Source: Erysipelotrichaceae bacterium MTC7
GTDB lineage: Bacteria; Bacillota_I; Bacilli_A; Erysipelotrichales; Erysipelotrichaceae
Direction: 5' to 3'
DNA: 32,000 nt
Assembly (NCBI GenBank): GCA_001695645.1
Contig: LVZN01000003.1
Span: forward strand, 49,992 to 81,991
This document shows positions 24,632 through 29,701 of the stretch, piece by piece. The notes under the pieces are model-generated. The model had not been told where the DNA came from, ran no database searches, and saw only the letters and a program-made list of their open reading frames with translations. Position 1 is the stretch's first letter, and each line of letters opens with the position of its first letter. Both the position numbers and the translations under genes were made by a program.

Positions 24632-27247
24632 ATGCAAATCCCAAGAAACCAGACCCTCGCTGAAGCATTATATAAGGATATTGATAGCAATGAATATTTA
24701 AATGAGATTTATGAGTCTCTGCTATATAATTATTCAATACATATTTTTAAGATTCAGAAACAACAAAAAAGAGTTAATGTAAAAGATGCATTACGATTTG
24801 CAGATTTATTGGCAAAGTCTACCATACCAGAGAAACGAGATAGACATAAGCTGTGGGGCCAAGAACTTATAATCCTATTGAGTATAATTTATCCGGAAGA
24901 TTCATCAGTAAAGTATTACCTTGGATCCATACTTTCGACGGTTGGAAATTATCGCGGTTTGCAATCTACTTATGTTGAAGGATTTCAGACTGCTGATGTA
25001 TTTGATGCTTTATATTTCGAATATGACAAATCTACACTGCAGATCCCTGGTCATGAGGAAAGCTATTTTTTTCATGATCAGAAGGACGTATATGATGGTC
25101 TGAGCAGTAAGTATTTTAGCTATTCTGGGCCTACATCGATGGGTAAATCTTTTGTTGTACAAACATATCTTAAACAGCAAATTGAGAATGGTTCAACGAA
25201 AAACTATGCAATCCTGGTACCCACAAAAGCTTTAATAAACGAGGTTCGTAGTAATATAATTGGAAGTCTTCAGGAAAAGCTTCAGGAGACAAATTATCGT
25301 GTTGTCAGTGCGTCAGGAGATATAGTATTGCAACAAGAACACAATTTTATTTTTGTCATGACACCTGAACGACTTCTTCACATGATGATAGGTATGCCAA
25401 AAATAAAAATCGATTTTCTATTTGTAGATGAGGCTCATAAAATATCAGACAGAGGTGGGCGTAGTGCCTATTATTATAAGGTGGTTGCACAGTTATCGAA
25501 GATGAAAGAGATGCCGACAGTTATTTTTGCTTCGCCAAATATTCCGAATCCTGAAGTGTACCTGAGCTTGATTCCAAAGATTCAAGTAGATGAAATTAAA
25601 AAAATGGCGTCAAAATACGCACCAGTATGTCAATTTAAGTATTTCTTAGATTTATGTGAGGGTAGAGCATATTTTCATAATGATTATTCAAAATCACTTT
25701 CATATATTGCTAACATTCCACAACAAGATGAATTAAGTGAGATTGTTACAAGAGTTGGTTCTACACAACAAAACATCATCTATTGTAATTCGAGACAAAA
25801 AGTTGTAGATTATGCTGTTCAGTATGCAAAGAACCTTCCTATCAAGAATGATGAAAAACTTGTATCTTTAGCAAAAGATATCCGTAATGAAGTACATAGC
25901 GATTGTTATCTTGCAGACTTGATACTAAAAGGTATTGCTTACCATGTTGGATATCTACCCTCCAATATTCGACTAAGAATCGAGAAAAGTTTTGTGGATG
26001 GTGTTTTAAGAACTATATTCTGTACAAGCACACTTGTAGAGGGAGTGAATCTTCCGGCAGATAATTTGTTTATTACAAGCTATAAAAATGGGAACTCTAA
26101 TATGGATGAGGTGGAATTTAGAAACCTTGTAGGACGAGTGGGTCGTATTAAATATAATTTATATGGAAATGTGTTCTTAGTTCGTATGGAAGATAATCTT
26201 ATAACTGAGAAGTACATCAACTTATTACAAAATGATGTTCCACAACAGGAAGTTTCGATTAATTTAAAAGACAATAATAAGCATTTGAGCTTGGTTATTG
26301 ATGATTTAATTCGTGGCGATATAGAATTAACTACGGTTCGTGAAGCAACAACCTCAAAGGACTTTGAAGCGTTGCGAAAATTTGCAATGATTCTTATAAA
26401 AGACATTGCAGAAGGTATTAGTACACCAATACGAGAAGCATTCTCACCATTTTTAGATGAATATAAAGAGTATAAAATAAGGGAAATATTCCCTATAGAA
26501 AAGACTAGTGACGATATTAATTTTTCATATGATCAAGTGGTTAACCTGAGAGAACTTGTGAAAAGTGGCCAGAAATATCCAAAGGTGACAGGAGAAAATG
26601 ATGAGGTTGATTTTGAGGAACTTGTTGATTTTCTCATGAAGCTAAGAAAAGTATTTAAGTGGGATATCTATGAGAAAAGAACAATAGGGAAAGCTGGTGC
26701 CTATAGGGAAGATTCTGTTATTAGGTGGTATGCTGTTATTCTATTAAGATGGATTAGAGGTAATGGTCTTAACCAGATTATTTATCATGCACTTAAATAT
26801 AAGGAGAATAATCCAAATACAGGTGTATGGGTTGGCAATATGAAGTTGGCTGATATATATAACAAAAACTCTAAACTTCACAAAAATTATATTATTGCAG
26901 AAACACTTGGTGTGATTGAAAATGTTCTATTGTTTAGCATTTCAAATTATTTCAGGAAATTCTCCCTTGAATATAAGAATGTGCACCAAGTAGATCATTT
27001 CCAAAATGATTGGTATGAATTTGTGGAATATGGAACAACAAATCCACTGACCATTTTTCTTCAACAAAGCGGTTTTTCTCGGGAATCATCAAAATTTATA
27101 GAAGAACCATCTAATAGAAATAAATATTTAACAGAGGTTGACGGTGAATTAAGGATACATCGTTCTATACTTGAATGCGGCAATATTGGTGTCGAAACTG
27201 AAACAAAAGATATACAATTTAATATGCCAGAACTTTTCATTGATTAG
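24632..27247 (+). CDS. hamB: SF2 DEAH-box helicase, HamB-like (Hachiman component B)
   Basis: 871 aa from ATG 24632 (SD GGGAGG 24618-24623; alternative TTG 24626). Helicase motifs I GPTSMGKSF, Ia LVPTKALINEV, II FVDEAHKI, III ASPNI, V TSTLVEGVNLPA, VI FRNLVGRVGR. About 150-aa N-terminal and about 300-aa C-terminal unassigned regions. Confidence 0.8.
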   Translation: MQIPRNQTLAEALYKDIDSNEYLNEIYESLLYNYSIHIFKIQKQQKRVNVKDALRFADLLAKSTIPEKRDRHKLWGQELIILLSIIYPEDSSVKYYLGSILSTVGNYRGLQSTYVEGFQTADVFDALYFEYDKSTLQIPGHEESYFFHDQKDVYDGLSSKYFSYSGPTSMGKSFVVQTYLKQQIENGSTKNYAILVPTKALINEVRSNIIGSLQEKLQETNYRVVSASGDIVLQQEHNFIFVMTPERLLHMMIGMPKIKIDFLFVDEAHKISDRGGRSAYYYKVVAQLSKMKEMPTVIFASPNIPNPEVYLSLIPKIQVDEIKKMASKYAPVCQFKYFLDLCEGRAYFHNDYSKSLSYIANIPQQDELSEIVTRVGSTQQNIIYCNSRQKVVDYAVQYAKNLPIKNDEKLVSLAKDIRNEVHSDCYLADLILKGIAYHVGYLPSNIRLRIEKSFVDGVLRTIFCTSTLVEGVNLPADNLFITSYKNGNSNMDEVEFRNLVGRVGRIKYNLYGNVFLVRMEDNLITEKYINLLQNDVPQQEVSINLKDNNKHLSLVIDDLIRGDIELTTVREATTSKDFEALRKFAMILIKDIAEGISTPIREAFSPFLDEYKEYKIREIFPIEKTSDDINFSYDQVVNLRELVKSGQKYPKVTGENDEVDFEELVDFLMKLRKVFKWDIYEKRTIGKAGAYREDSVIRWYAVILLRWIRGNGLNQIIYHALKYKENNPNTGVWVGNMKLADIYNKNSKLHKNYIIAETLGVIENVLLFSISNYFRKFSLEYKNVHQVDHFQNDWYEFVEYGTTNPLTIFLQQSGFSRESSKFIEEPSNRNKYLTEVDGELRIHRSILECGNIGVETETKDIQFNMPELFID

Positions 27248-27264
27248 TTCTGAGATTCTATTAT

Positions 27265-27300
27265 GCCTCCTGCAGTAATGCAGGGGGCTATTTTTTTTTT
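27265..27300 (+). terminator. Strong rho-independent terminator closing the defence array
   Basis: GCCTCCTGCA (27265-27274), loop GTAA, TGCAGGGGGC (27279-27288): 10 bp with one G-U pair. Then TA plus T10 (27291-27300). Confidence 0.85.
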
Positions 27301-27313
27301 GTCTTTTTAAGTT

Positions 27314-27355
27314 CCATACTTTACCCATATTTCATCCCTACTGCATCCATATTTT
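27314..27355 (+). repeat. Three helically phased CCATAYTTY repeats
   Basis: CCATACTTT 27314-27322, CCATATTTC 27325-27333, CCATATTTT 27347-27355. Start-to-start spacing 11 and 22 bp. Confidence 0.6.
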
Positions 27356-27429
27356 GAAGACGAACTATTAGCGATAATAGAAGTATCAAAGGAATGTCAT
27401 AGAAATCCAATCGGTGGGAGGTGAATGAA

Positions 27430-27570
27430 ATGAGCAAGAACAAGAAGCAAACATCCAAGAGAGTTGCTTCAAAAGCAAGCAAAATCCTTAGTGATGGACG
27501 CTACAGTAAGAAAGCCAAGTCGGTTGCTGGCAGTGCTTTAAGTCAAACAAGACCAAGCAAGAAAAAGTAA
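27430..27570 (+). CDS. 46-aa basic small protein (below the ORF-track length cut-off)
   Basis: ATG 27430 preceded by GGTGGGAGGTG. Encodes MSKNKKQTSKRVASKASKILSDGRYSKKAKSVAGSALSQTRPSKKK, stop TAA 27568-27570. 15 basic and 1 acidic residue. Coding status unproven. Confidence 0.4.
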   Translation: MSKNKKQTSKRVASKASKILSDGRYSKKAKSVAGSALSQTRPSKKK

Positions 27571-27798
27571 TTTTCAAAACAAATGATAGGTAGAGATAGA
27601 TTTGAATAATCAGCCTACTTACCCTCCCTAAGGGAGAAATCTATCCAGAGCGGTTATCGCTCAAAAAAATCAATCTCAAAGTCCTAGTGCGCATACGGAC
27701 GGCGGGATGCATAAGAGTTCAGAACACAGTAATAAAGACTGTGTTTGGAATGAAGATGCACCCACCGTTATTTCGTGTGCCCTTTTTTAGGACAAGCG

Positions 27799-27832
27799 GA
27801 GTCTGTGGTCATCTTCATCACAGGCTCTTTTT
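27799..27832 (+). terminator. Terminator-like hairpin in the leader of the sigma-like gene
   Basis: GAGTCTGTG (27799-27807) pairs with CACAGGCTC (27819-27827): 9 bp with one G-U pair, 11-nt loop. Then T5 (27828-27832). Only 40 nt upstream of ATG 27873. Confidence 0.55.
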
Positions 27833-27872
27833 GTATTCCGCCGCCTGATGCCAGGACGGAAAGGAATACTTT

Positions 27873-28421
27873 ATGAAGATTCGAGTTTTATATGAAGACA
27901 ACATCAAAAATGGTCACAAGAACTACACCACAATTGAAATTCCAGATGGAGATTACAGCGTTATGTTGGACATTGACTATGAGCAGCGTCTTACACAGGC
28001 AAAGCCGGAAAAGAAAGCAGAGGTGAAACGCTGCGAGACTCTACAGGAAATGTTCGACCTCATGAACAACAAGGAATACAACCATTGGCGCCGCTACCAT
28101 AGGCACCTTGGCAAACCAAAGACTCCATATCGTAAAGATGATCAGGCTGAAGATGAAACTGATGTCATGGATACTTTCGCTGATAACTCTCAGGAGATAG
28201 AACGGAGTCTCCAAGATGAGTACGAATCTGTCTGCCAATGGATACGCACCACTCTTGGTAAAAAGCAGGATTGGGCAGATATGTTCATTGCAGTACGCAT
28301 TGACGGCATGTCCATCCGCGAATATGCCAGTTCTATAGGTGTTGATGAAAACAATATTACCCAGAAATTAAAACGAGCAACAAAAAAATTAGAACAAGAA
28401 TATAAAAATCGTCAGATTTGA
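27873..28421 (+). CDS. Sigma-70 region-4-like HTH protein (mobile-element regulator / putative sigma factor)
   Basis: 182 aa. C-terminal IAVRIDGMSIREYASSIGVDENNITQKLKRATKKLEQEY has the region-4 HTH pattern of ECF/sigma-70-like proteins found at the start of Firmicutes ICE and prophage early operons. N-terminal 120 aa unassigned. Confidence 0.55.
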   Translation: MKIRVLYEDNIKNGHKNYTTIEIPDGDYSVMLDIDYEQRLTQAKPEKKAEVKRCETLQEMFDLMNNKEYNHWRRYHRHLGKPKTPYRKDDQAEDETDVMDTFADNSQEIERSLQDEYESVCQWIRTTLGKKQDWADMFIAVRIDGMSIREYASSIGVDENNITQKLKRATKKLEQEYKNRQI

Positions 28422-28485
28422 CCTTCTCCCGTGGCTACTAGGTAGGAGGTCAAGACCTCCCCAAAAAAATAAGGAGGTAATTCGA

Positions 28486-29265
28486 ATGGAATTACAAGTT
28501 TACAAAAATGTAGAGTTCGGCTCTGTACGTACTACAACGATTGGTGGTCAACCATATTTTGTAGGTAAGGATGTAGCAAGCATTCTCGGTTATATAAATA
28601 CCCGAAAAGCATTAATTGACCATGTTGATGAAGAGGATAAGGGGGTAACGAAATGTGACACCCTTGGTGGGAAACAGGATTTGACTATCATCAATGAATC
28701 CGGTCTTTATAGTCTTATCCTCTCAAGCAAAATGCCTAATGCCAAAAAGTTCAAGCGCTGGGTTACAAGCGAAGTTCTCCCTGCTATTCGTAAACATGGA
28801 CTTTATGCTACCGATGATTTAATCGCCAATCCCGATCTTGCCATTGCAGCTTTTACTGCACTAAAAGAGGAACGAGAAAAGAACAAGGAGTTGATAGCGG
28901 CCGTTGCTATTGGTCAACAACAAATTGCTGAGATGAAACCCAAGGCTACTTATTATGATGTGGTTCTTAAATGCAGGGATGCAGTAAATATTTCTGTAAT
29001 TGCCAAAGATTATGGCTGGAGTGCCATGCGCATGAACGAATACCTTCATGAAAAAGGGATTCAGTTTAAGCAAGGTGATATTTGGCTTCTCTATCAAAAG
29101 TATGCTCCCAATGGATATACCAAAACCAATACTCACATTTATGAAGACAGCAAAGGTATCCAACATACGAAAGTGCATACCAAGTGGACACAAAAAGGCA
29201 GACTCTTTATCTATGAACAGCTAAAGGCGGATGGTATTTATCCGCAGATTGAGATGGAGGTGTGA
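28486..29265 (+). CDS. Phage antirepressor, Bro-N + KilAC domains
   Basis: N-terminal Bro-N pattern (FGSVRTTTIGGQPYFVGKDVASILGY...INESGLYSLILSSKMPNAKKFKRWVTSEVLPAIRKHG). C-terminal KilAC/ANT-like segment (ATYYDVVLKCRDAVNISVIAKDYGWSAMRMNEYLHEKGI). SD AAGGAGGT. Confidence 0.85.
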   Translation: MELQVYKNVEFGSVRTTTIGGQPYFVGKDVASILGYINTRKALIDHVDEEDKGVTKCDTLGGKQDLTIINESGLYSLILSSKMPNAKKFKRWVTSEVLPAIRKHGLYATDDLIANPDLAIAAFTALKEEREKNKELIAAVAIGQQQIAEMKPKATYYDVVLKCRDAVNISVIAKDYGWSAMRMNEYLHEKGIQFKQGDIWLLYQKYAPNGYTKTNTHIYEDSKGIQHTKVHTKWTQKGRLFIYEQLKADGIYPQIEMEV

Positions 29266-29266
29266 T

Positions 29267-29701
29267 ATGAGAATTAACATGAAAAATGCAGAGGGTTATT
29301 ATGATCCTACTCCCCATGAAGCACTTAGTAATATAACCCGTGAGGAAAAGGCAGCAGCAAAAGCTGCCTTTAAGCCCCTTGTCTATATTTGCTCTCCATT
29401 TAGTGGCGATATTGAAAACAACAATAAGCGGACACGAGCGTTTTGCCGTTTTGCTTTAGATAAGGGCAATATTCCGCTTGCTCCTCACCTTCTATTACCA
29501 CAGTTTATGGATGACAACAATGAACAGGAACGTGACCTCGCTATTTTTATGGATATTATCCTGATGGGCAAATGCCAAGAGGTCTGGGTGCTAGGTGATG
29601 TGATTTCAAGGGGCATGAGTATTGAAATTGAAAAAGCAAAGAAACGCAGACAGCCGGTCAGATACTTTAATAAAGATTTTGAGGAGGTAGAGTCTCTATG
29701 A
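29267..29701 (+). CDS. DUF4406 / nucleoside 2-deoxyribosyltransferase-like protein
   Basis: 144 aa from ATG 29267 (SD GGAGGTG; the track's ATG 29231 lies inside the upstream gene). VYICSPFSGDIENN...GNIPLAPHLL...VWVLGD pattern resembles the DUF4406 Rossmann-like family common in phage and ICE replication modules. Confidence 0.45.
   Translation: MRINMKNAEGYYDPTPHEALSNITREEKAAAKAAFKPLVYICSPFSGDIENNNKRTRAFCRFALDKGNIPLAPHLLLPQFMDDNNEQERDLAIFMDIILMGKCQEVWVLGDVISRGMSIEIEKAKKRRQPVRYFNKDFEEVESL

Noticed and set aside
24921-25103. 60-aa + strand ORF in an alternative frame inside hamB.
   Set aside because: It lies within the helicase N-terminal region, with no SD and no motif. Likely a chance ORF.
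27354-27380. Possible promoter for the 46-codon ORF (TTGAAG 27354 with GATAAT 27373 or TAATAG 27375).
   Set aside because: The spacers are 13 or 15 nt, outside the usual 16-18 nt range, so it was not reported as a feature.
27707-27790. 27-codon ORF (MHKSSEHSNKDCVWNEDAPTVISCALF) within the structured leader.
   Set aside because: Weak ribosome-binding context (GGCGGG directly abutting the ATG). It overlaps the hairpins, which are the better explanation of this sequence. A leader-peptide role cannot be excluded.
28420-28460. Hairpin after the sigma-like gene: GACCTTCT/AGGAGGTC, with a third complementary copy GACCTCC.
   Set aside because: It is followed by an A run, not a T run, on the + strand, so it was not called a terminator. 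The B/C pairing would leave only a 2-nt loop. Possibly just SD-like sequence duplication ahead of the real SD at 28471-28478.
29231-29266. Track start (ATG 29231) for the DUF4406-like ORF.
   Set aside because: It lies within the antirepressor coding region. ATG 29267 follows GGAGGTG and sits 1 nt after the upstream stop.
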